Assembly (NCBI GenBank): GCA_017857855.1
Contig: JAFMCI010000006.1
Location: 1 to 63,059, forward strand
DNA length: 63,059 nt
From: Bacteroidia bacterium
Lineage (GTDB): Bacteria > Bacteroidota > Bacteroidia > NS11-12g > UBA9320
Direction of reading: 5' to 3'
In this document: positions 9,739-20,022 of the stretch, piece after piece
How the letters are laid out: every line of letters begins with the position of its first letter
Position numbering within the stretch: the first letter of the stretch is position 1
Program-made: the position numbers and the translations under genes
Notes under the pieces: model-generated
Seen by the model: only the letters and a program-made list of their open reading frames with translations
What the model was told of the DNA's origin: nothing
The model's database searches: none

Positions 9739-10856
9739 TGGCTTCCTTAGAAATATCATCCTATGTGCAAAAGCTCGACGAGCTAGGTGAAATAGAAATT
9801 GCAGCCTTAGCTACTGAAGTAAAAAATAAGCCGTGGTGTTCAAGTTACCGTATGCTGCTAGCACGTGCTTATGCCAACGAAAATTCATATCTAAAAAATA
9901 AAACGCTACGTTTGGCTGCAACATATTCTGGCCGTAGAGAGCAGCTTTTTGAGTTGATGCATACTCCGTCACTGATATTGAATACAGCTAAAGAAAGTAA
10001 GGTCGAAAAGGAGGATAAGGTATTATTTTATGAGGAATCAAACGACGTTGATGAGGTTGTAGCGGCTATGGATTTGTCAGTTGAGGAAGAAATTCACCTT
10101 GACGACCAAGCTATCTCAGATTTGGATTCAGAGGTGAAAGATCATTCGGTAGAAGAAGAACTAATAGAATCAATATTAGAAGACATTGAGATTGTCAATG
10201 CTAATGAAAGCTTTCCAGAAGAGGAAATTGTTATAGCCTCAGAAATGGTTCAGGTTCCAGATTTGGAGCAATATATAGAAATATCGGATGAAACGTTGGA
10301 GATAGAAACGGAGGATAACCACAAAACCAGTGTGGACTTCGATTCGATCGTGGTATATGACCCCATAAAAGAGCTGTCTTCTATAGAAAAACCGAGGGAT
10401 AATAAAAGGGTGGAAATACCATTTGACACGGTTATTTATGACCCTGAAAAGGAACTTAGTAGGATTATTGAAGAGAAAGCCACACACGATACCAAGGAGC
10501 ATGATTTCTTATATTGGCTTAATAATATTGATCATGATGATGTAGTTATTGCAAAGTCCAAAGAAAACTTCAAATCACCAGATAAGGTTCAGGAATTATT
10601 AGATCAGTTTTTGGCCACAAAGCGTTCTCGACCAATAAAAAACGCAACATTTTATAATGTAACGGCAAAAGCAGAAGAAAGCATACACGACAATATGGAT
10701 GTTCTAAGTGAAACATTAGCAAGTCTTTATGTGAAACAAGGGCATTTAGATAAGGCTAAACTTGCCTATGAGAAATTAAGTTTGCAAAATCCTAGTAAAT
10801 CAGCGTATTTTGCCGCCCGAATAACGAAGATAGAACAACAACAAAAAGAAATTTAA
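9738..10856 (+). CDS. Conserved hypothetical protein with acidic linker and C-terminal TPR-like motif
   Basis: C-terminal SETLASLYVKQG...YEKLSLQNPSKSAYFA; ATG overlaps the lptE stop (TGATG). Confidence 0.7.
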   Translation: MASLEISSYVQKLDELGEIEIAALATEVKNKPWCSSYRMLLARAYANENSYLKNKTLRLAATYSGRREQLFELMHTPSLILNTAKESKVEKEDKVLFYEESNDVDEVVAAMDLSVEEEIHLDDQAISDLDSEVKDHSVEEELIESILEDIEIVNANESFPEEEIVIASEMVQVPDLEQYIEISDETLEIETEDNHKTSVDFDSIVVYDPIKELSSIEKPRDNKRVEIPFDTVIYDPEKELSRIIEEKATHDTKEHDFLYWLNNIDHDDVVIAKSKENFKSPDKVQELLDQFLATKRSRPIKNATFYNVTAKAEESIHDNMDVLSETLASLYVKQGHLDKAKLAYEKLSLQNPSKSAYFAARITKIEQQQKEI

Positions 10857-10859
10857 AAT

Positions 10860-11243
10860 ATGTTTACAACATTCATCATACTAGCGAGCATTTCTGCTGT
10901 ATTATTAATCTTAGCAGTACTTATTCAAAATCCCAAAGGTGGAGGAATTGCAGCTAATTTTTCTGCAGCCAACCAAATAGCAGGAGTCAAAAAAACAAAT
11001 GAATTTATTGAAAAAGCTACTTGGACTTTAGCGATTGCAATGTTTGTTTTAGCTCTCGGAAGTAGATTTGTATATACGCAAACGGTAGAAGAGCAAAATG
11101 CATTCTTAGAGAGAGTTGCTGAATCAGCAACGATTTCAGAGCCAGCACCTGCTGCCGGCGTAACCTCACCTCAAGTTACTGAGGAGGCTCCTGCCTCTGC
11201 AGAAACTGCAACTGAAGGTCAAGACGCAGCATTACCAGAATAA
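10860..11243 (+). CDS. secG: Preprotein translocase subunit SecG
   Basis: Two TM helices with VLIQNPKGGG and EKATW. Confidence 0.92.
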   Translation: MFTTFIILASISAVLLILAVLIQNPKGGGIAANFSAANQIAGVKKTNEFIEKATWTLAIAMFVLALGSRFVYTQTVEEQNAFLERVAESATISEPAPAAGVTSPQVTEEAPASAETATEGQDAALPE

Positions 11244-11274
11244 TATTATTTAAAGGAATTATTCCTTAAAGATG

Positions 11275-11305
11275 AGGCAGTATTTACGGATACTGCCTTT
11301 TTTTT
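11275..11305 (+). terminator. Intrinsic terminator after secG
   Basis: AGGCAGTAT-6nt-ATACTGCCT followed by T7. Confidence 0.85.
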
Positions 11306-11391
11306 GTCAAAAATGGCACGACAAAACGTTTAACTGACTTTTGGGCATACCTATTTGTCCTTTGGAGTGTAAAATTGTCCTTTTTTCGCTG

Positions 11392-11407
11392 TGGCATAGA
11401 GTGTGAA
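11392..11407 (+). promoter_or_regulatory. Candidate sigma54 (-24/-12) promoter of groESL
   Basis: TGGCATAGAGTGTGAA: GG-N10-GA, a deviant of TGGCAC-N5-TTGC; no exact TAnnTTTG or CIRCE seen in this spacer. Confidence 0.45.
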
Positions 11408-11445
11408 GATGTAGAGTTGTAACAATAAATTATTTATTAAATAAA

Positions 11446-11715
11446 ATGAACATAAAACCATTATCAGACAGAGTTGTGGTAGAGCCAGCAGCAGCTGAAA
11501 CTAAAACTGCAGGCGGTATCTATATTCCGGATACTGCAAAAGAGAAGCCTCAAAAAGGAACTGTATTAGCAGTAGGGCCAGGTAAAGTAGATGAGCCAAC
11601 CACCGTAAAGGTAGGGGACGTTGTATTGTACGGTAAATATTCTGGTACAGAGCTAAACGTAGAAGGTAAAGATTTATTAATTATGAGAGAATCGGATATT
11701 CTCGCTATCATTTAA
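11446..11715 (+). CDS. groES: Co-chaperonin GroES
   Basis: [33 protein letters not shown]. Confidence 0.98.
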   Translation: MNIKPLSDRVVVEPAAAETKTAGGIYIPDTAKEKPQKGTVLAVGPGKVDEPTTVKVGDVVLYGKYSGTELNVEGKDLLIMRESDILAII

Positions 11716-11736
11716 TCATTTTAAAATTTAAGTTAG

Positions 11737-13377
<1,641 letters not shown>

Positions 13378-13411
13378 TTAGCACCATTTGCCTCTAGGCA
13401 TTTTAAAATAC

Positions 13412-13446
13412 AAAAGGAGCAGGTCGTTTGACATGCTCCTTTTTTT
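13412..13446. terminator. Bidirectional intrinsic terminator (groEL / glutathione peroxidase)
   Basis: AAAAGGAGCA...TGCTCCTTTTTTT. Confidence 0.85.
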
Positions 13447-13455
13447 AGTTAAAGT

Positions 13456-13935
13456 TTAGGAAAATAGATTTTTAATATCTGCCTCAATCGTAGCAGGTTT
13501 TACGGTGGGCGCATAACGCTTTACAACTACACCTTGTTGATCTACTAGGAACTTAGTAAAGTTCCATTTGATGGTCGAAAACAAAAAACCGCCTTTTTCT
13601 TTTTTTAGAAATTTGAAAATAGGATGTGCATTGGGGCCGTTTACATCTATTTTTTCGGAAAGGGGAAAAGTAACACCATGATTTACCAAACAAGATTGTA
13701 CCATATTTTCATTGGTTTCAGGTTCTTGCCCTGCAAACTGATTGCACGGAAACCCCAACGTAATAAGTCCCAAATCTTTGTAGGCTTGATGTAGTTTTTC
13801 AAGACCTTCAAACTGAGGGGTCAATCCGCATTGAGTAGCGGTATTTACAATTAAAACAGGCTTACCTTTATAGTCTGCCATGTTTATTTTTTCGCCACTG
13901 GGTGTTTTTGCAGTTAGATCGTAGAATGTGTTCAT
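13456..13935 (-). CDS. Glutathione peroxidase family (Cys type)
   Basis: NTATQCGLTPQ, LGFPCNQF, IKWNFTKFLV. Confidence 0.95.
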   Translation of the reverse strand: MNTFYDLTAKTPSGEKINMADYKGKPVLIVNTATQCGLTPQFEGLEKLHQAYKDLGLITLGFPCNQFAGQEPETNENMVQSCLVNHGVTFPLSEKIDVNGPNAHPIFKFLKKEKGGFLFSTIKWNFTKFLVDQQGVVVKRYAPTVKPATIEADIKNLFS

Positions 13936-13979
13936 TGAATAGATAACAGCTAAAAGTAAGATTGGTTAGTATTTCTTTT

Positions 13980-14192
13980 TTAGGAAAAGTCATCTAGTGA
14001 GACAACGTGCTTCACTCGCCCTACTTCACCGGTTTCCAGCATGACTTTAATGCCGTGAGTATGTTGAGTAGATTTAGTTAAAATTCGTTTAACAAAACCA
14101 TCTGTAAGTTCGCCTGAGCGTTGGTGGTGTTTTTGTACAATTTCTACTTCTGCACCTATTTTAATGTTTTTTAGTAACTGACCTGTGAGCAT
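13980..14192 (-). CDS. YwbE family protein
   Basis: LTxGxVKRILTKS..H.HGIKVMLETGEVGRV pattern. Confidence 0.85.
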   Translation of the reverse strand: MLTGQLLKNIKIGAEVEIVQKHHQRSGELTDGFVKRILTKSTQHTHGIKVMLETGEVGRVKHVVSLDDFS

Positions 14193-14264
14193 TTTTTTAG
14201 GATATATGATGTAGGATTTGATACAGGCTATTGTGGTAAACAGTCCTAAATCTTAAATCCGATA

Positions 14265-15263
14265 TCATACTTGTGCGGCACCAATCCACTTGAATTCGTA
14301 TTCCTTTTCAGGTTCTTTCATACGGTCAGTAACGCGTTGTAATCTGTCGGGTAAAGCAACTAGATAATCACGTGCTTTTTCGCCTACATCAGATAAATCT
14401 CCCATACCTTCTATTTTCCAATCATTAATCAATGATTTTAATATGTCAATATAATCTTGAGCGGTATACACTTGTGTGCGTTGTGCGGCGTCAGAGAAAT
14501 GACTCCACAATTCACCTACTTTATCTCCGCTTTGACGCATAAAATGAGCTGGCATTACAATTTTACGACGCATCATATCTTCAAAAGCAGTCATCATTTG
14601 ATTAGGGTCTATTTCAAATATCCTTTGTACAAAAGCGGAATAAGCAGTTGCATGTCGTGCCTCGTCTGCTGCAATTATTCCATTTATTTTAGCCAGTAAA
14701 GCATTGCCAGATTGTTTCACTAAGGTTGCTACTCGTCTGTGAGAGATATTGGTAGCTAATTCTTGGAAACTGGTGTATACAAAATTTTTGTAAGGATCCG
14801 ATCCTGTGCCAATGTCAAAACCATCATTTATAAGGTGCTGAGTAGAAACTTCCATTTCGCGCATGTCTACTCGTCCACATAGGTAAAGGTACTTGTTAAG
14901 TAGGTCGCCATGACGATTTTCTTCAGCTGTCCAACCACGAACCCATTTACTCCATCCATTAGGCTCGCCATTGTTGTATTGTTGATTAACGCCATCAACA
15001 TCCATTAGCCAAGATTCATACGTAGGAAGCGCTTCCTCTGTTATCGTATCTCCTATTAATACAGTGAGCAAATCATAATTCATATCTTTAGCCAACTCTT
15101 GTATTTCTTTTATTTGGTCAATAAATTCGGGGTTACGAGAGTCAGGTAACAAATCTGAAGGTTGCCAATTGGTATCTATTGGTTTTAGATATTTATCTAA
15201 AAGCTCGTCCATAGATTTACCTATAGTCGACATTACTTCTAATCTTAAATCGAATAAACTCAT
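14265..15263 (-). CDS. Acyl-ACP desaturase (soluble di-iron, DesA/stearoyl-ACP desaturase family)
   Basis: ITEEALPTY, WTAEENRHGDLL, YTSFQELAT, DEARH. Confidence 0.95.
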   Translation of the reverse strand: MSLFDLRLEVMSTIGKSMDELLDKYLKPIDTNWQPSDLLPDSRNPEFIDQIKEIQELAKDMNYDLLTVLIGDTITEEALPTYESWLMDVDGVNQQYNNGEPNGWSKWVRGWTAEENRHGDLLNKYLYLCGRVDMREMEVSTQHLINDGFDIGTGSDPYKNFVYTSFQELATNISHRRVATLVKQSGNALLAKINGIIAADEARHATAYSAFVQRIFEIDPNQMMTAFEDMMRRKIVMPAHFMRQSGDKVGELWSHFSDAAQRTQVYTAQDYIDILKSLINDWKIEGMGDLSDVGEKARDYLVALPDRLQRVTDRMKEPEKEYEFKWIGAAQV

Positions 15264-15415
15264 TTGTACCTACGAAAGTAAAATATTTGTTCAAGTAAAA
15301 CTCCTTAATTGCTAATTGTAAGTAGTAAAAATAATTAGTGTTTTAGCTTTTTAAGACTAATTTTACGTGACTTACAAATAGGATTAATGTCAAGTAAATC
15401 TAGTGCCTAAAAGAC

Positions 15416-15423
15416 TACCTTTG
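15416..15423 (+). promoter_or_regulatory. -7 promoter element (TACCTTTG), 8 nt before helicase ATG
   Basis: Exact TAnnTTTG match. Confidence 0.65.
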
Positions 15424-15431
15424 CATTATCA

Positions 15432-16673
15432 ATGAAGTTTGAAGAGTATAGACTGTCTAAAGAAGTAAAACGAAACTTGGAAGAGATGGGCTTCAAACGT
15501 CCTACAGATATCCAATTTAAGTGCTTGCCTCATATACAACGCGGTGAAGATTTATTGGCTATTGCTCAAACGGGGACTGGTAAAACTGCAGCATTTGCAA
15601 TTCCAATAATTGATAAAATACAACAGATTAAATATAAGGCATTTGAAAAAGGTGCATTTGTACGTGCTATAGTAATGGTGCCTACGCGCGAGTTAGCACA
15701 ACAGATAACACAAGTATTTAATCAGATTGGAAAGAACACAAAAGTAAAAGCACTTTGTGTTTACGGAGGAGTAGAGCAGGATCACCAGATAGCTAAACTC
15801 TTAGAAGGCATGGATATAATAGTTAGTACTCCGGGTAGAATGTTTGACTTAGTTAGTCAAGGTTATCTAAGTCTTAAAAAAATAGAGATACTCATTTTAG
15901 ATGAGGCAGATCAAATGCTTGATCTAGGTTTTGCAAAAGATATTGACGACTTGGTTAATAAGATTCCGGGTAAGAGACAGACTTTGTTCTTTTCTGCAAC
16001 AATTAGTCAAAAGATCAAACAGCAAGCGTATAAGATGGTGAGCAGTAATGCTATTCGTATACAGGTTTCGCCTAAAGATCCAGTAAGCAAAAATGTAAAT
16101 CATCAAATTGTTTTTGTAGAAATGGACGATAAGCGATTCTTCTTGAAGCGTTTAATTGAAGAAAATAAAGATAACAAGTTCTTAGTATTCGTTAGAACGA
16201 AGGTTAGGGCAGAGCGCGTAAAATCTGCTATGGAGCGTCTCGAAATAGATAGTGTCACCATTCACGGAGATAAAGAACAATCTGAAAGAGAGACAGCCTT
16301 ACTAGCCTTTAGAACCAATGCATGTAAGGTAATGATTGCCACGGATGTTTCAGCCAGAGGGATTGATATAGATGGGATAGATTTTGTTATTAATTATGAC
16401 ATACCTGAAGTGGCAGAAAATTATGTACATCGCGTAGGCAGAACTGGTAGGGGTAGAGCCAAGGGTAGAGCGATATCCTTTTGTGCGAAAGAAGAAAAAC
16501 CTTTAGTTGATGCAATTGAAGAATACACGACAGTGCCCATAACGAGAGCGACGGTAACAAAGGCGGAATACAATGAAACGATTGAGTTTGCTGACGATAC
16601 TAAGGATAACTGGAAGTCTCTTATGAACGGGGAAGAAAATAAAGTTAAGCCTAAGAAGAAAAAACGCAAGTAG
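15432..16673 (+). CDS. DEAD-box RNA helicase (RhlE-like)
   Basis: AQTGTGKT, PTRELA, DEAD, SAT, HRVGRTGR. Confidence 0.95.
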   Translation: MKFEEYRLSKEVKRNLEEMGFKRPTDIQFKCLPHIQRGEDLLAIAQTGTGKTAAFAIPIIDKIQQIKYKAFEKGAFVRAIVMVPTRELAQQITQVFNQIGKNTKVKALCVYGGVEQDHQIAKLLEGMDIIVSTPGRMFDLVSQGYLSLKKIEILILDEADQMLDLGFAKDIDDLVNKIPGKRQTLFFSATISQKIKQQAYKMVSSNAIRIQVSPKDPVSKNVNHQIVFVEMDDKRFFLKRLIEENKDNKFLVFVRTKVRAERVKSAMERLEIDSVTIHGDKEQSERETALLAFRTNACKVMIATDVSARGIDIDGIDFVINYDIPEVAENYVHRVGRTGRGRAKGRAISFCAKEEKPLVDAIEEYTTVPITRATVTKAEYNETIEFADDTKDNWKSLMNGEENKVKPKKKKRK

Positions 16674-16696
16674 ATCGTACAGAAACTTTACTTCAA

Positions 16697-17701
16697 TTAA
16701 ACCAATCTCTTATTCATCACCTTAAAAAATAATGGTGGTATTAAACTGAGTAACATCATACCGGGGTAGCCTGTAGGCAGCTGCAGTGATTTTTCTTTGC
16801 TTTGCAGTTCTGAGTATGTTTTTAGACTGTTTTCGTGGTGGTGACTATGTCGGGTCAATTCAAAGAGTAAATACCTGCCGAGGAGATGATCTGAATTCCA
16901 AGAGTGTATATCTTGCACCCGCTCGTAAGCAGACTCACTTATTTTATTTCGCAGCAAGCCATAATGTTCTATGTAGTTTATCGATTCTAGTAACAGTATG
17001 CCAAAGAACGCTGCTGATATATAATATAGTAAGGTAATAGTACCTAGCGTACACCAAATAACTACAATTAAAGCGGTCTGATATACCATATATTTTACCA
17101 TGTCATTATTCCATCGGAATACGGCTTTGTTTTCCCTAATCTGCGCATCATTTTCTAACTTCCAAGCAGAAATAAAACTATCGCGCACAGATCTCTTCCA
17201 AAAATTGAAGATGGTTTCATCTTTCCTTGCAGTTGCCGGGTCTTCAAGAGTGGCTACTCGCTTATGGTGACCTCTATTGTGTTCAATAAAAAAATGAGTG
17301 TATTGACTGCTCCAAAGCAAGAGTTGCGCAAGAAATTGGTCGAGTTTACTTTTTCTATGTCCTAGTTCATGTGCCATATTAATCCCAAAGATACCGTGCA
17401 ACATGCCCATCGCGGTTATTTTACCAACTATGGTTAGGGTATTGATGTCTTGTCCTATAGTAATTAAAAAGTAGATCAATAAACCAAAGTAAAGAGGAAC
17501 AATAGCATATAGAACAATGGTATAAGCTTTAACGGATTTGGGCTCGTTTAGCGAAGCGGAAGGTGGAATGACCAATTCTAGTATAGGAATTACTCCAAAA
17601 GAGAATATCACTAGGCTGTAGGTGCTAATTCCGGTAGTAGTTAATGAGTAATATCCAATGAGAATAAATACAAATGCCCCAAGATAACGAATGACTCCCA
17701 T
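16697..17701 (-). CDS. alkB: Alkane 1-monooxygenase (AlkB family)
   Basis: HELGH, EHNRGHH, NYIEHYGL and LTRHSHHH His boxes; P-GYP-M motif; multiple TM helices. Confidence 0.88.
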   Translation of the reverse strand: MGVIRYLGAFVFILIGYYSLTTTGISTYSLVIFSFGVIPILELVIPPSASLNEPKSVKAYTIVLYAIVPLYFGLLIYFLITIGQDINTLTIVGKITAMGMLHGIFGINMAHELGHRKSKLDQFLAQLLLWSSQYTHFFIEHNRGHHKRVATLEDPATARKDETIFNFWKRSVRDSFISAWKLENDAQIRENKAVFRWNNDMVKYMVYQTALIVVIWCTLGTITLLYYISAAFFGILLLESINYIEHYGLLRNKISESAYERVQDIHSWNSDHLLGRYLLFELTRHSHHHENSLKTYSELQSKEKSLQLPTGYPGMMLLSLIPPLFFKVMNKRLV

Positions 17702-17715
17702 GAGTACAATTATAC

Positions 17716-17755
17716 TAAAAATAAAAGAGGCTCTGAATACAATTCAGAGCCTCTT
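17716..17755 (-). terminator. Intrinsic terminator of the act operon
   Basis: Perfect 14-bp stem AAGAGGCTCTGAAT/ATTCAGAGCCTCTT (17725-17755) with a T-rich tail on the minus strand. Confidence 0.85.
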
Positions 17756-17776
17756 ACAAAATAGTTAACTTTTTAT

Positions 17777-19303
17777 TTAAACGCCTACATCGTGGTTGGC
17801 AGATTCAAGTAAATAAGGATGGTTTAATGGATATAGGTTTGCTTTACTTAATGAATGAAGCACAGTATAAATAAATATACCTGCAAATGCCATAGTAGTA
17901 CCTATTTCTAATAATCCAAAATCAGCTTTGTCTCCTACCGTACCAGGCATAATTAGTAGATACATATCTACCCAATGGCCTACTAAAATAGTTAGTCCTG
18001 CTGCCAATAGTACTTTAGGTGATCTTTTTGCACCTCTCATCATTAGCGTAAGAAATGGTATTAAGAAACACATAAACAAATTGATAAAGAATAATGGTTT
18101 AAAATGTGAGTTAAGTCTAGCTTGGAAATATACTGTTTCCTCAGGAAGGTTTGTATACCAAATAAGTAACCATTGACTTAAGAAGATGTATCCCCAGAAT
18201 ACACAAAATGCAAACATAAATTTACCTAAATCATGCACCACTTCATCTGATACCATTTCCATGTAGCCTTTTGACTTTAAGTATTGAAGTATTAGCATCA
18301 TTACCGAAAGGCCTGATACAAATGATATAGCAAAGTTATAAATGGAGAACATGGTAGAATACCAATGTGCATCCAGACTCATTATAATTAACCAAGAAAG
18401 TGCAGAAAATGAAAATGCAAAGAAGAAAATAAACGCAGCAGACCATCTTGTTGAATTTTTAAACATATCTAAGCCAGGAGTTTCATCTTCAGCAAGACTG
18501 TTTCTTCTTAATTTGGTTCTAATTAAATACCAAACGATAAGAACAAAAGGAACGAAGAAGAAAATAGAGGAGTTATTGAGTAACCAATGCTTACTCTCTA
18601 AAATAGCGTCATATCCTGCATCATTAGGATTTCCTGCTGCAGATCCATCAAAATATTGTACCCAATGATACAAAGTATCTTTGCCCAAAAATATAATAGT
18701 AAATAATAAAATAGAACCTACTAATAGGTAACTGCTTTGTGCTTCCATTATTCGCTTAAGCATAACCGCCCAGCCTGCATTAGCAACATAGTTTACGGCA
18801 ATAAAAAATAAAGCTGAAACCGCAAATAGCCAAAAATAGTAGCTGTTTAATAAAAGATTAGCCCAAACGCGTGTCATATAAGTTACTTCATGATGATTTC
18901 CATGAGCTTCGGCATGTTCAACAGAAGCATGAGCCCCTTCCTCATGAGCAACTTTAGCGTGATTTTCATCAGGAACAGATGGTACTTCAGGAACAGATGG
19001 TTCTTCAGGTGTAGATGGTACTTCAGGTGTAGATGGTACTGAACTATCTGAATTAGCTTCGGCTAATGCTAGGTGATGATCAGCATGTGCGTCTGGTGCT
19101 TCACTATTAGTAGCTTCTGCGTTGTGATCATTTACAGCATTAGTTACTTCTTCACGCGGTGAATCCCAGCTTTCCTTTGCTTGCATCGCGCCTACTCCAG
19201 CTAAAATTGCTCCTACTACAAACAGTAGAATAGGTATAAGTTTTATTCTCGTTGAGAAGTCAAATTTTTCTTGTCTTACTTCCGTAATTGTATGATGTCC
19301 CAT
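17777..19303 (-). CDS. actF: Alternative complex III membrane subunit ActF
   Basis: Polytopic; MSLDAHWYSTMF, HDLGKFMFAF, WYTNLPEETVYF; last gene of the act cluster. Confidence 0.9.
   Translation of the reverse strand: MGHHTITEVRQEKFDFSTRIKLIPILLFVVGAILAGVGAMQAKESWDSPREEVTNAVNDHNAEATNSEAPDAHADHHLALAEANSDSSVPSTPEVPSTPEEPSVPEVPSVPDENHAKVAHEEGAHASVEHAEAHGNHHEVTYMTRVWANLLLNSYYFWLFAVSALFFIAVNYVANAGWAVMLKRIMEAQSSYLLVGSILLFTIIFLGKDTLYHWVQYFDGSAAGNPNDAGYDAILESKHWLLNNSSIFFFVPFVLIVWYLIRTKLRRNSLAEDETPGLDMFKNSTRWSAAFIFFFAFSFSALSWLIIMSLDAHWYSTMFSIYNFAISFVSGLSVMMLILQYLKSKGYMEMVSDEVVHDLGKFMFAFCVFWGYIFLSQWLLIWYTNLPEETVYFQARLNSHFKPLFFINLFMCFLIPFLTLMMRGAKRSPKVLLAAGLTILVGHWVDMYLLIMPGTVGDKADFGLLEIGTTMAFAGIFIYTVLHSLSKANLYPLNHPYLLESANHDVGV
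18969..19040. repeat. 4 x 18-bp in-frame tandem repeat inside actF
   Basis: Units tcaggaacagatggtact / tcaggaacagatggttct / tcaggtgtagatggtact / tcaggtgtagatggtact, encoding SVPSTPEVPSTPEEPSVPEVPSVP. Confidence 0.9.
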
Positions 19304-19311
19304 TCCTTCGT

Positions 19312-19983
19312 TTAATTATTTGTTACTATTTCTTCGCTAATTACAGCTGGTATAACCGCTAATGTATCAGTTGTAGAATTTCCGCTTGTATATTGAAATG
19401 CATCTCCGTAAGCCAGCAATTTTACATACTTGATTACTTTCCAACGTTCTTCTGGGTTAAGCATAAAAGCGTGTGAACCCATTAAACCTTTACCGTAAGT
19501 GATGGTATGATAAGCAGTACCTTCTGGTAAGTTTTTAATGTAATCACCCTGATAGTTAGGCCAAGATGGAGCGGGTAATTTTTTACTTTTGAAAATAGGT
19601 CCATCATTTTTACCGCCTTTACCGTGACAATGCCAGCAGTAAATATTGTATAAACGCTCACCTTCTGCAACATTCTCCTTGGTAGCAGGTACCCACGAAG
19701 TATATGCAGCACTTGCAGCATAACCTTCACCTGTGTTAGCTATTGGATAGTAAAAGGTTGCTTGACCTCTTGCTACGGTTCCTTTCACTGGCAATCTCAT
19801 GGTCATACCATAAGGATTGTTGTCGAAATATTTATCTTGAGAGAACGGCTCGTAAGCTTGAGAAATGTACATATTAGGAGCGTATTCTATTCCAGGGTTG
19901 TCTCCAGAACTTACACATGATACCATACTAAAAGCAGGTAAACCTAATACTAACGAATATTTTAAAATAGTATTCAATTTCAT
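19312..19983 (-). CDS. actE: ACIII monoheme cytochrome c lipoprotein ActE
   Basis: Lipobox MVSC, single CWHCH, GLMGSHA...ERW. Confidence 0.9.
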   Translation of the reverse strand: MKLNTILKYSLVLGLPAFSMVSCVSSGDNPGIEYAPNMYISQAYEPFSQDKYFDNNPYGMTMRLPVKGTVARGQATFYYPIANTGEGYAASAAYTSWVPATKENVAEGERLYNIYCWHCHGKGGKNDGPIFKSKKLPAPSWPNYQGDYIKNLPEGTAYHTITYGKGLMGSHAFMLNPEERWKVIKYVKLLAYGDAFQYTSGNSTTDTLAVIPAVISEEIVTNN

Positions 19984-20022
19984 TTTTTTAATTGTTAATT
20001 ATTGGTCTATGATTGAACTAGT

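Noticed and set aside
13456-13935. Possible selenocysteine in the glutathione peroxidase
   Set aside because: The active-site codon is Cys and there is no in-frame TGA
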